From positions 248,001 to 312,000 of the forward strand of contig JAHLTZ010000028.1 in NCBI GenBank assembly GCA_025786725.1: a stretch of DNA of 64,000 nt, read 5' to 3'. The notes beneath the pieces were generated by a model that was given only the letters and a program-made list of their open reading frames with translations, was not told the origin of the DNA and did not search any database. The stretch is from Syncephalis fuscata S228. Taxonomy: Eukaryota > Fungi > Zoopagomycota. Every line of letters begins with the position of its first letter. Position 1 is the first letter of the stretch. The position numbers were made by a program, and so were the translations under genes. This document shows positions 11,075 to 24,160 of this stretch, piece after piece.

Positions 11075-12594
11075 TTATGGATCTTCATCTTCATCGGCCG
11101 TATCTACCAAACGAATACCGCCTTCTTTTGATGTAGACTTTTTACCTGTATTCCTCGCATGTTCACTACGTTCTGACCCACTATGACCAGGCGAGGTAGG
11201 TTGTTGGTTACGACTGCCCATCGTTTGAAGCGCTTGTCCTTCTGATAGCAACTCTTCTTCGTTTGCTTCATCGGCAATAAGTACATCGATGGCATCAGCG
11301 TCATCGTCATCGTCATCGTCTCTATCGGCAAATCCATGTTGACGTCGTCCACTATTGCCACCTAGAACAATACCGCCACCACTACCTCGACGATAATCGG
11401 AACTCAATGATGAGTAATTACGGTTTTGGCTACGAGAGGGGCGGATTTTAGCCATAACAACATAGAAGATATCCTATCAGCAAAATAAGCACATTAGACG
11501 CCATTATCCATAATAGTCTAATAGATTTACCTTGCACCATTCAACAACATTACGCCAAAAGTCAATGTGTGGTATTTGCTCAAATCCTCGAGCACTAAGA
11601 ACAAATCGTTTATACAAAATGCCAACAAGTAGATAAATAAACACTAAAATAGATAAACTATATATAGTTAGCAGAGCTGAATGCAAACGATACATAATAG
11701 CACACTTACATTGAAAAGAACGAACTGCCACCACTTGACGATTTCTGTCGTGACTTATCCGTGCCATGTCCTCGTCAGTATCTCCATTCTTTTTGTCATC
11801 TACAGGCGGTGTGCTACTGGCACAAGCAAATGGTGTATACCAATTAAATATATAGACACAGCTATGAATTGAAGCACTGAATTTGGGTTTGGCCTAACAT
11901 GTATTATATCAATAATGACTATATATTACAATCTACTAATGCTTACCTCTTTACTGGCATTCTCATCACAGTAAAATGATATTACAGTGGTGCGATGTGA
12001 AGTGCTCTCACCACACTCATCACCATTTTCATAGACAAGTACAATATGATCATCTATATACATTAGATTACACATTAGATATTTAATTATCGTATACACT
12101 TTGTGTATTTACCTCGTAGTACGGGTGTTTTGCTAATTCGACTATATCATGCCATTAGCTGAGCATAAACTAGTATTTATATTTACTACTTACCCGATAG
12201 AAAATCCTTTCTTTTCGCCGGTAATTTGAAAGGCGGCTACGTTCCATGACTCACTAAGGCCCGTCTTGTCGTAATGAATTTCATCACAGACATTAAGTCG
12301 ATAGTTGAACTTGCCATCCTGGCCGTCTATCTCCCAGTCCTTTCTACAGCAGTATTAATGGTAGTATTGATAAGCGTATAAACAAGCCGATGAGTACAAT
12401 AATCTGTAACTATAGAACTGTACAAATACTTACGATCCAGTCTTGGTTAATGGACGCAAGTCGTAATACTTGCTATTCTTTTCGTCAGCCACTGTACAAG
12501 GTACTTTGCTGGCAGCTATACTCGGACCTATTAGAGAAGATAGTGCCAATAATCCTAATAGACACCGCCCTACTGACATAGACATCGAATACAT
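11075..12594 (-). CDS. MRL1: Mannose-6-phosphate receptor-like (MRH domain) type I membrane protein, multi-exon
   Basis: Signal peptide, YYDLRPL, YRLNVC, LVYENGDEC, RTTVISFYCD, CVYIFNWYTPFAC, a TM segment, then YKRFVLSARGFEQIPHIDFW and an acidic EEELL tail. A probable 1-nt frameshift lies near 11770. Confidence 0.8.
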
Positions 12595-12989
12595 GATAGC
12601 AATGAATGAATGGTAATATAAATCAAAAAGTCAAAATAGTTCATAAGCTGGTTGAACAATGAATAATGATAACGGCCACGTAATATAACAATAAATCATG
12701 TGATTAATTAATAGAACGTTGTTTGTGTGGATGAATCAACAAATCAATGTTTTGATTTCAAAGGGGCAACAAGAAATGACGGATCTGTTTACTTAACTTT
12801 TATTTTACTTCTTTCTCTTTCCATCGAGTTCACCACTGTCTTCCTAACAACAACAACATATTTTGTTTGTTTGTTTGTTCATTCATTTACTCGTTCGTTT
12901 CTTTTCTCGGATACGCACGTACACAATTACGTTTACTAGTTGCAAACTATACCTGTTCTTTAGTCGCACTAACTAGTACCGATCTTATC

Positions 12990-13608
12990 ATGGTAAGCAG
13001 TAAACTGTGAATGTTTTGTAGGCTCAATCGATGTTGAATCTGCTCTAGTCCGCTCCACGACCGATGCATAACGCTGGCAAGGCGAGTTCCGATCCTACTA
13101 AGCGCCAAACGGCTTTGACACGTGCGGCTCGGGCCGGTCTTCAGGTAAGTAGACGCGATCGCGAAAACGATTCTGTAGATACTTATACATTACCTTTGTT
13201 GTTAGTTCCCGGTAGGCCGTATTCATCGCTACCTAAAAGGTCGCAGCATGAGCCACCTACGTGTAGGTGCAAGCGCTGCCGTGTATACTGCGGCAATTAT
13301 GGAGTACTTGACCGCTGAAGTACTCGAGTTGGCCGGCAATGCCAGTAAAGATCTTAAGGTAAAGCGTATTACACCGCGTCACCTTCAACTGGCTATTCGT
13401 GGCGATGAAGAGTTGGATTCTTTGATTCGCGCTACCATTGCTGGTGGTGGTGTTATGCCGGTAAGTAAATAGGCGTATAATACATATATACAATATACAC
13501 ACACACATGCTCTGCCTTGACTTATTAACAACTAATGCGCGGCTTTAGTATATTCACAAGAGTCTACTGAACAAGCCCAAGATGAAGAAAGCAGGCGGTA
13601 CCATTTAA
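12990..13608 (+). CDS. HTZ1: Histone H2A.Z variant, 4 exons (12990-12992, 13049-13144, 13206-13460, 13549-13608)
   Basis: [58 protein letters not shown]. The DEELD docking domain is diagnostic of H2A.Z. Confidence 0.95.
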
Positions 13609-14073
13609 TTGAATCGTATATGAAAGTAATAAGAAGGAATAGGGTACGCATTATTTTACGTATACTATATTTGCGGCAGATTGTCGTTGGCTACGATCTA
13701 AGATGCAATGGCTGTGAATATCAGCGGTTCATTTATACGTTTTTTCTTTATTATGATGGCTATCTTTTCAGTAATATTCATCAACCATTTGCATGCATTG
13801 CTTGTTGCCACCGGTTTTTGTAAAGCCAACTTAAATACAATGTCAAGTGTTTCTGTGTAAATAATGCAAAGTAACTAAATTTATACCATTTAATATGATG
13901 ATTATGATCGTAGTAGTAGTTAGTAGTTAGTAGTAATAATAATAATAACTGTAATAATAGTAAGATATGTTATTAATAATGATTATGATAATAATAAGAA
14001 CATTAGTAACAACAATAATCATATATAATAATAATAATCATTTACTGTATGACATTCCCCGTTTAAACTTCTA

Positions 14074-15007
14074 TTAATTAGGAGCAGCATAAGCTACTTT
14101 GCCATGATCCTAATTGTAGTTAGATTAATAATGGGCTCAATATTACATAAATATTGCATTGTTAACTTACACTAATAATGCAAATGTGATCCAAGTCACG
14201 GAAATACTCATTGTAATCTAAAGCGTATCTAATTGCAACAACAAAAATAATAAAAATTAATGACCAGTTAATTAAATATACAATAGAGCACTACACATAA
14301 ATTACTTACCCAACTACAAAGTTGTCGGGGATAGCAAAGCCAACATAGTCTGGAATGTAGCCATTAGACAGTGGTGTCTTTTTCAATAGTAGACTGGCTA
14401 CACGGATGGACTTTGGCGAGAATTCCTTAAGTTTGTCTAGCAGCTTGACCATGGTACGGCCAGTATCAATGATATCCTCGACAATAAGAACGTTCTACGT
14501 AATAGAATAGAATATGATTAATAAGTAAACAAATTAATAAACAAAATATTCTACCTACCTTGCCTTCAATGTCCTTCAACTCGGTCTCGCTAAGCGACAC
14601 GCGTACATTGCCGGTAGAATGATCATTGCTATAGCTCTTCACCTTAATGAACTCAAGATGAAGTGGCACGGAATGGCCCAAGCCTGTGTTTAGCTTTTTG
14701 ATGCAATTAACCAAATCGGCAAAGAATTGATGGCCACCTTTAAGAACACAACAAACAATCAATGGTCCATCTGAGTCGTCTACAATCAGCTTGGCTAGAC
14801 GCTCAATACGATCCTATTATGTTCAATTCATTTGTTTATTCGTTGGTTTATTGTTTTATTAACTATAGTTGCGATACGCACCATTATAATACCATGGGGA
14901 ATAAGAATGCTTTCTAGATCTTTGCTATAGTGCGGTGGGATCACGAAATGATCCAGAGCATAGCGAAAAGACTCGGAAGTCACGTCAATCCAGTTTGAAG
15001 GATCCAT
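14074..15007 (-). CDS. HPRT1: Hypoxanthine-guanine phosphoribosyltransferase (HPRT1-type), 5 exons
   Basis: [62 protein letters not shown]. Confidence 0.95.
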
Positions 15008-15167
15008 AGCAACAGTAACGTACAAGAACAGTGATTACCAAGAAGAAGCGGAGGAAAAGAACCGATGATGCAAAAACTCGTAAAGCAGTGCCCGTTTTTC
15101 TTTTTTTATTAAACTGGTTGTTGTTGTGTAACCGTAAAAATAGAATAGTAATTAAACAAAATAGTAT

Positions 15168-16130
15168 TTATGAAGGTGGTTTAGAATCGCGCAATCCAGG
15201 TCGCTCTTGAACGACAACAGTAACTGGAATTGCTGCTACTGGAGCATTTTCAGTAGCAGTTTTGTTTGTAGGCACTGGCTCTATCGGTGTTTCTGTCGGC
15301 AGTAGAGCAACAGCATTGGATTCAGAGTGCGGCAGATGTCGGCCTAACTTGACACCAAGTCGGTGAAATAGTGAGCCACCCTCAGAAGACGGCGAATGCT
15401 CTTCAATGACTAGAGCATCTTTTAATTGACTATGTAATACTCTTTCAAGTACACGCTGCACATTCTCGCCGTTCTTGCGCAATCCTTCCATCTCCACAAG
15501 TAAAAGTACATTGCGCTCACGCTCCTCCTCTAATGCTAGCTGTAGATCGTCAATGCCTTGTCGCAGCAATACCAATCTATCCTCGATTGCCTGCTGTTTG
15601 GCCTGACCGATACGTTTTGTACTTTTTATAACATTGTGTCAATAATTTAGAACGTAGATTGTCAAGCCATCGCTACTTACCGCGTTGCTTCGAAATAAAT
15701 GACGCCCGCTGCTACAGAAAATAAAAATGCTTCGCTAAGAAAATTGGTACCTGCCTCTATTGCTCTGTTAGGCCATTAGTTTTTTAATAATAATAAGCAT
15801 TAATCTTGGTACGTTACCTAGCGTCGTTTAAAGGTCGTATTGTTTCTTTTTTATAGCCAAGAAACTTCATTTTCAGGTTCAACTCAAACCGATGCATGGC
15901 CTACGCCAACACGAATACCACAGTCAATATGGCGCGTCTTTACCACTTCCTAATTACCTGTGCCATCGAGATGCATGCTGACTTGAATTTAGGATGAGTT
16001 TTGGAGTAACTCTTTATTCGAAGCGCGACTAAAACGATAAAATATTAGACAGCTAAAGCACAAGTCTAATGTGCTTACTCGGCTTTGCGACCGTACGAAT
16101 AAGCAATGTACCGATTTTAAGTGAACTCAT
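15168..16130 (-). CDS. OPA3: OPA3-like mitochondrial protein, multi-exon
   Basis: MSSLKIGTLLIRTVAKP, HPKFK, IRPLNDARAIEAGTNFLSEAFLFSVA, followed by a coiled coil. Confidence 0.9.
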
Positions 16131-16632
16131 AGTTAATTAGAAATTGAGAGGAATTAAGGAACAGTGGAATAAGCTACGCGTTGTTGTGTGGAGTTTTTTA
16201 TTGTGAGCTGCAGCAATGTGTCACGATCAAAGGTCGGCGATTTACTCCGATCCGTTAATTATCAACAGCATGGTGCTATTTTAGTCCTCCGATTGTTAGT
16301 TAGAAAATACGTCAATGTGAATCATATTAAAACGCTTTAATATTTATTAGTAATAATAATTTATATAATATTTAATAAATACATATGAATTATTGTTTAA
16401 AACTACTTATACTTTTACATCTGTAGTTTTATATAGTAATAATGGTGTTACTTGTTAAGGTTAAAATAATAAACTAATTTATATTTTATTAAACTATTAA
16501 TACAAATAAACCAATATAAACGATTAATGCTCTATGAAATAACGTTAAATAAATATATGATATAGATATGACGCTACACCGTGCTAAATGCCTTTGTATT
16601 ATTAACAGCGCTTTGTACTGGATTGATCCAAA

Positions 16633-17874
16633 TCAAAACGTAGGATGTCTGTTATAGCTCAATGGATCTGCCATTTCTACTACAGCTCTATTATTACTAG
16701 TTATTTTCACTGTGCTGCTAGCTGAAGTAACACCTTGTCGCAATACTTGAGCAAGTGAGTGTTCTCTTATTATATAATTAATGTAAAGCTGACAGCCTGG
16801 ATAAAGAATGCCAAAATAAAATACCAATACAAACACTTGCCATTCGAGTGACATCATACCGCCAGTTCGTTTGTGTATACTGCTGGCAGTGTAGCCAAGT
16901 GTCAGTACTAAAACTGTAAATAGTGCAAAAAATATACGACGAAGACGAACAGCAACGGCTAATTTATCACATTGCTGTTCCTGGACGTATGGTTGGTTAA
17001 CATGATGGCATAACGCACGGTAAACACCATAGCAATAATAGCTATTAACGGTCAACAGTGTCAGCATAGTAATGCACATGGACACGGCCAAAAAGGTGTT
17101 GGATATTGTAGGTGAGCCGGTATTGCCTTGATCTTTATCAATACCAATCCACAAAGCAAGAGACGTATTTGCAACAAACATATAGACGGAGAAGCATATG
17201 CCAGTCCAGAAAAGAATCCGAGTTGATGGTACATAAATCTTAAAGTTGGCTGGTGAAAATCTTGGACTGGTGCAGCTATCTTCAATCCTTAGCCTTAGTG
17301 AATCGTCCTGACTTTTCCTACCTCGATTCCATCTGATTGTCGGCAGCGACTGAGCAGTTGATTCGCGAATTAATGCCGATGGTAAACTCGTAGTGATCCC
17401 CATAGTAAATAATACTTGTGGAAATAAAGTCAGCTCAATAATAATTGTATGGAACGATTCACGAAAGGCCCAACTATTAGGCCAGTCAAGTAAAACAAGT
17501 GTGTATTTTATCAGCCGAAAAACACCAGCTAATAATATAAGTGCCAATAGATTATCCATAGGATTTGGAATCCAGTAACCGTCTAGTTTGCGGAATAGCC
17601 CTTTAGTCAAGTTGTGGCGTTGTCGATAGTAAAGAACGCTACATCCAACTAGTGTAGAGATTAATTCGACAATGGCACAGATCATTAGTGAGTAGAAAAA
17701 GACGGCGCTTTGATCGCAGTCATAAACACCAACATCCGGTTGACATAGCTTATCATCAACAAAAGTTAACATTACTGCTATCTGTAATAGAATTATAGTA
17801 AAAACAATATTAGCTGGTAAATGATGAACAATTGATGGAGTCTGTGCTGAGCATAAGACAGCGACAAGTTGCAT
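16633..17874 (-). CDS. Intronless multi-pass membrane protein of unknown function (7TM/GPCR-like topology)
   Basis: 413-aa ORF with about 7-8 hydrophobic helices and a polar central loop. Confidence 0.7.
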   Translation of the reverse strand: MQLVAVLCSAQTPSIVHHLPANIVFTIILLQIAVMLTFVDDKLCQPDVGVYDCDQSAVFFYSLMICAIVELISTLVGCSVLYYRQRHNLTKGLFRKLDGYWIPNPMDNLLALILLAGVFRLIKYTLVLLDWPNSWAFRESFHTIIIELTLFPQVLFTMGITTSLPSALIRESTAQSLPTIRWNRGRKSQDDSLRLRIEDSCTSPRFSPANFKIYVPSTRILFWTGICFSVYMFVANTSLALWIGIDKDQGNTGSPTISNTFLAVSMCITMLTLLTVNSYYCYGVYRALCHHVNQPYVQEQQCDKLAVAVRLRRIFFALFTVLVLTLGYTASSIHKRTGGMMSLEWQVFVLVFYFGILYPGCQLYINYIIREHSLAQVLRQGVTSASSTVKITSNNRAVVEMADPLSYNRHPTF

Positions 17875-18117
17875 GCTTATGTATGAACGTTATTGTCGCT
17901 GCTAGAGCAGGTATTTCAGGCGTGTGACCCGCCAGATGCAGCAATCTCACGCGGAAACAACGCGGAGTGCATATCATATGTATGAAATGACTTGTGTGCA
18001 AGGCCAATAAATAGACTACTACCCAAGAAATTAAAACCAGTTAAAGCTCTATTAAGCATAGCCAAGATTCTACACTGTCAGCCATCATGATATGTCGATT
18101 TTGTAGTAATTGCATGA

Positions 18118-18240
18118 TTTACTACAATGACATTGTACCTGTATACTACAATTTAAATTCACTTAACGGTTCCTATTCATTTATTTATTTGATCATATGC
18201 CGATACATTTATCAACAATAAAGCAAGTTGATTGTGTAAA
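18118..18240 (+). repeat. ~122-bp direct repeat, copy 1
   Basis: TTTACTACAATGACATTGTACCTGTATACTACAAT...GCCGATACATTTATCAACAATAAAGCAA is nearly identical to 21986-22108. Confidence 0.85.
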
Positions 18241-18386
18241 GGGATATGTAATTGCCGGTATTAACAAGATAAAAAGCTATTTATTTAATTCATATAATAT
18301 ATATGTATGTACAACAATATCGCAATACATGCGGTGTCCAAATAGCGTATTACAGTAACTTCCGTTGCTTATTGATAAACAAATGT

Positions 18387-20536
18387 CTAATCTGAGCGCA
18401 ATGTTGCGCGAAGCTTGTAACAACCACCGCGTGGCTGTGAGGTAAAACGAAAGACTGGTCGCATATCGACTTCTTCGCCAGCCGGGACTACAAACTCAAA
18501 TTGACGCACCAATGTTGCCAATAAAAGTCGAAGTTCCATCCACGCAAGACTAAATATATGTGTGTAAACGTACTAGCAAAGACAACAATCTGATGCTATG
18601 TATGTAACCACTTACTTTTGTCCAATACAAGAGCGAGATCCCATGGAAAATGTTATAAACGACTGTCGCATTAATTTCAATTGTTCAGAATCAGCCTCTA
18701 TCCAACGTTCTGGTCGGAATTTGTCCGCATCTTCGCCATAATTTTTTGTTGACCAGTGTATGGTGTAAATAGAGTTACTGATAGTGTACTATATACGCAA
18801 AATAAAATTATTTGATTAGCTGCAGGTTTTTAAAGTTAAATGGCCTAGTACTTACTCCTTCAGGTATATGTACGCCACATAAATCAATACCACCAGGTGG
18901 TGAACTTCTCATACTTCCACCGGCTACTGGACGCATACGCATAACTTCATAAAGCGCAGCATTAAGATAAGGCAAATTCTTGACTTCATCATGTTGAATA
19001 ATGTCTGTGCGATTAGGATAAACTTCTTTGATTTCTTCAAAAAGCTTCTGTGACACTTCTGGATGATCATGTAGCAAATGTAGTGCCCTAATATCAATAC
19101 GATGTTAGTAGAGTAGATAATAGTGATAAATATAGCTTACCAAGTAGTTGTTAATGCTGTGGTATCGCTGCCGCCAATACTAGTCATCGCAATTAGGCTG
19201 TTGGTTAATTATATCATTTCTATGGATTTACATACTTACAGTTGAATAATGGACTCGGCAATAAGCTGCTCAATGTCAAGTTTATCACCGGTCTCGGGAT
19301 CTTCTGATTCAATAAGGCGCATCAGTACATCTTTGCCAGTACCCTCTGGGATATCTTTGTTTTCAGCTTCTAACTCCTTTGCCATACGTTTAAGAATTAC
19401 CCCACGAGTAAACTAGATCAAGCCAGCAACATTAGTTGAATTACTAGTATATTATTAAATCCATATTCGTACTTCAACCAATTGTTTCTCAGACTTAAAA
19501 TATTTTGGAAAAGTCCATCGATTACAAAATCGGCCAAATACTTCTTTCTTTAACATTGGTTAGTAGTTTGACAAATTAATATTATAAATACTTACCATAA
19601 CACCCAAAATAGTTATATCGCCAATCCAATGAATAATTGGATGAGGTTTCTCTTCCGGCTTAACAATTAATGTTTCAAAAGATCCACCAAAGCTTACTGC
19701 GCCAATAACATCCTAATAAAATTAAGATTAGTATGGTGAGATGCTATACTGATCAGCTATCAATTACCAATGTTGTATAGTGGAGCAGCTCCATAACATC
19801 GAATGTTTTTCCTGATTCAGCATATTCATTAATTCTTCTTACGAGATGTTTAAGACCAGCCTCATAAACTAGTGGCTCCATGTCGGATACAGAAGCAAGT
19901 GAAAATACTGGACCAATAGTACGTTTCTATTTTATTTGTTAGCTAAAACTTTGTTTGCCATAGCGCATGAACTAACCAGCTTCCGATGAAAAGCAACATC
20001 TCTATAATGCCATAATAGCCGTCAATACACTGAATGAGCTGTATGTATATACTTACTGTGTAGAGAAAATGTTATCACGATGAAACTGGAAAGATTGATA
20101 TGCATTTGCTTTTACTAATTTAGTTGAAGTGCATATCATTCTAACAGCATCTGGATCGGCAAGAGAAACAGAATTCGGTACTGTGAAACGACTATTAGTT
20201 AATGTAAAGCATTAATTAATATTACTTACGAAGCCAAGAGACACTACCATATTTTTTGTTTAACTCATTATGGTAATTCATTGCGTCACCGTTTACAATA
20301 TGATACATTGCAGTAAATCTTCTCAAGAATCTTAGTCGTGGCCCAGGTATTTTTGATCCTGGTGAAAGAAATTCATCGTATATAATCTAGATACCAGCAA
20401 ATGTGTAAGCTGCTTTTCCACGCTATAATAAATTAATTACCTGACCAGCAATACAGGCACCAATAGTAACTCCAATAAATTGCCAATCAAGCAGACTATC
20501 TTTGAGCGAGCCGATAAGTGTTGATAAGATGGCCAT
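18387..20536 (-). CDS. Cytochrome P450 monooxygenase, intron-rich
   Basis: N-terminal TM plus IPGP, I-helix GGSDTT, EVMR (ExxR), FRPERW, heme motif FSMGSRSCIG. Stop TAG at 18389-18387. Confidence 0.95.
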
Positions 20537-21985
20537 GTTGACAGTGATAGTGTTTTACTTTGCAGTAAATAGGATAGAAAATGTAAAGAATAAAGGTTAA
20601 GTTGCGTATGAATAGACAATATGAATAATAGCTAATGCGCAGCTTATATACCATGCAGCCTTGAATGTCATTGGCATGGAAAAACTTGTTCACGTGTTGA
20701 GTATTTGCAAACCGGTTTTAAATCCGCAATCCATGCCTTAAGTCACTTGACAAACATTTTAGAAGGTATGATGGTCATATTATCACGGTGCATTGGCCTT
20801 TTGCAGTTTCCATAAACTTATTTAGTATTAGTTGCGATTTGGCATTTAGCTGCATAGGCCATCGGTAATTGAAAATATAATGGCACTATAACTTGTTTTT
20901 ATTCATTTATTTCTATTCACTTAATAATTAATTAATTATTCAGCTCAATTTAATAATAGCTTTATTTATTCAGTTATATTTAATAGTTATTTTATTTTAT
21001 ATAAAACATTCGGTACCGTTATTGCCGAAGGACGTAACCATACGCTATCAAGGCGTGTTGTTATACAAGCAGAGAATATGCGTCATAAAATGGCGGCTAT
21101 TTCCGCAATGCAACGTATGCATTTTTTCCTAATTAATTAATATTGCCAACCTGGGTGCTATTTTTAGATTATAATTATAATTAGTATGCCATTTACAAAA
21201 CACACTGTTCGAAGCCCTTTTCTGTAATTTCGTCATTTTATTGAAGATTCAATCTAGTGAGAAGTATTCAATCTAATGATAGCTAATACTTTGTTCCTGA
21301 TATAAGCTAATATGCGACCTATGGCTTGAAAACAGCTGGATATCAAGCAATATTATAAGACTGAAACCATATTTTATACTTAAATCTAATAATAGCCACT
21401 AAAGTAGTATCATGCACACCATTAATATTTTTTATTAAGATTGTACTGATGCCATCACACTTTATGTTTATCACATTGCTTCTATTTCATCTTTTTAATA
21501 AATCAACGATAAAAACTTAATCAGGCTAATTACCATACTTGACAATCAACTTAATTACGCATAATAGCATCACGTTACATCCACCACATTATCAACGCCG
21601 TGATCACCACACGAATAAACACTTAGTCCTACTGACTTCTAATAATAGTGTTAATTAATTACTATTACCAACAACTTTAATCCTTTGTATGTAACTTTCT
21701 ATCGTTATCAACCATGCACCTTATTGTACAAATACTATTCTATTTATTAAAGTAAGTTTTTGGCATCCTAATCTACCAAAATTGCTAGGTTGGACGACAT
21801 TTTTATTAGATAACTAGTATAAGTTACTTCTATACTTTTGTTATATTCTTTAATAAAAAATTAATAATATTTTATTAGAACTTTAGATAAGTGTATATAA
21901 TACTAACAGCATTATTTATAGTCTATTCAAGACCGATATAAAATAACCATCCGTTTATTATTCAAGTAGAATATTAACAGCGTAG

Positions 21986-22108
21986 TTTACTACAGTGACA
22001 TTGTACTTGTATACTACAATCTAAATTCACTCAACGGTCCTTATTTGCTTATTTATTTGATCTATATGCCGATACATTTATCAACAATAAAGCAATTAGT
22101 TGTGTAAA
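21986..22108 (+). repeat. ~122-bp direct repeat, copy 2
   Basis: Aligns with 18118-18240. Confidence 0.85.
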
Positions 22109-22199
22109 AATGATATTTGGGATGCTATGAAATTACGTAAATTAAAATATTAATACTGCAAGTCACTTGATTTTACGAGTTACAATATAGTGCAAAGCA

Positions 22200-22835
22200 T
22201 TTATTTGCTTAATAAAACATACACAGCTTCTGAGTAGCCACAATAGACATAAATATTGGTCAAAGATCAACCAAACACCATAACAGTGACTACTTTGGAA
22301 AAACATGCGTAGAAAAGAGAACAAGGCACGGACACGGCAACGTCGGACGAATATAGTACTAGCAGCACATCATCACAGGCTCCGGTTTTCAGGCTCAAAA
22401 ACGGCGGAGGACGGCCGGCCGGCAGACATCACACGGACGATTACATACAACTACTCTCAGAGCGTTTGCTTGATTGATTGGCCAGCTAAACAGAAATGGA
22501 CACCAGCGGACGTAGCGGATCGAATCAAAGCAAACGGCACAGACGTGAGATCAGACAGACAGGCGTACAGGCAAATAGACAGACAGACAGACGGTATTTA
22601 AACAGAAACGGTAGTAGTAACGATAGCAGGCAGTAAGGCGTTGGTGTTGTTGCAAGTGCAGTTGTTGTAATTGTTGTTATTCTTGTTGTTGTCAATACAG
22701 GACCGAGCGCTAGGCCGATAGAAAAATAGATAAAAGCGCGACTTCAGTGGGCAAGGCGGCTAGGACAGACGGTGGCAAGATCGCCGGAGGTAGAGGATGT
22801 TGGGAGTAAAAGTAAGATTGCTATATCGTTTGAAA
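22200..22835 (-). ncRNA. Candidate Pol II transcript with no long ORF (lncRNA or micropeptide gene)
   Basis: Minus-strand TATAAAA at 22865-22859, pyrimidine-rich start, GC-richer body than its flanks, AATAAA near 22205, and only short ATG-initiated ORFs (e.g. an 18-codon one). Confidence 0.3.
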
Positions 22836-24160
22836 GAAATGGCGGGAAATGGTGGCCATTTTATAGCTACGTCGCTTCACGTAACGGAGTCGTTTACAGC
22901 ACTCTGATACTTACCATTCGTTCATGAATGGCTGAATGAACGACCGAGTGAATGACCACCGACGTGCACTTGGACAAGGCCACGTATGTTTGATGCGAAT
23001 GCCTGACCATTATCGAATAGAGCTTAGAGCTAGGCTCATGTAACCAATCCCAGGACAGGCGTGAATACGATGCGGCCAATTGACCAATCCCGCCTGCAGG
23101 GATGATTATGGCCATTGATCATTGCTGCATCGTTGGGAATACAACGTTGACGAATGCAGCCATACATGAGACGTGTTACCGTTCACATCGTTGGTCAGAT
23201 GATCTATCCATCTTGTTTGTCGATGGGGCCAGTTCTTCCCCAAAAATGACTGATTACCAAAACTGCGCTAGCGTCAATTGTGACGGCGAATCGCCCTCCA
23301 CCTAATCTACAATGGCCAGAATTCAGTAGCAACTGAATAAACAGTCCCAAATGTTAGGCTGCCATGAGGTTAAGCCTAGCGCCATATAGCAGTCTAGCAT
23401 TAGCCAGCTAACTAGCATGTTTCTTAGAAGGATAGCAATGGACAACTGTTCAAGGAAGTACAGAGCTGGAGGAATACTATTATCCGGTTATAGATATTTG
23501 TACTATGACAAGCTATACAATGACAAGCTATACAAGGCCAAACAAGAATATACCCGTCAGTAGCCTGCCTTTCTAGTCAGTTGATCGGCAAACAGGCCAT
23601 TTGTCTACATCGTATTTGTTTACAAACGTAACGCTACACATCGCCATATCTAGGCCACAGTGGAGTATTTGAACAATACAGCTATGCACACTCTAACTTG
23701 GATGCTATTAATGTCGTTATAAAACAAACCAATTGCATCATTACACGTTCGTGGTACAGAGTCTACGCATTGACATGGTGATTATCAGTGCTATTTAGCA
23801 CTATTGACACAACAATATATTTGAATGTGCGATAGCAATATACTTTATTATTATCATTAAATAAAAGTATTCAAATAATAGTATAATAGCTATTGGCAAC
23901 GATAAAACAATTAATTATAGTGACCACGTACTAATTCGTATTATTACCACCTAAATTAGTAACCATCGTATTTGACACGTTGTATAATAACATTTGTTTA
24001 CACATGGATACAAACGATTTGATATGAAATATGTCTAGTTATAGATTTTATTAGCAGCCGAGTTACAATGAATGAATAAATCATACCATCAGCTATTAAC
24101 AACATTTTAGATATGCGTGGTAATTGATTAATTATTATATATAAATTATGTTATAACTTG

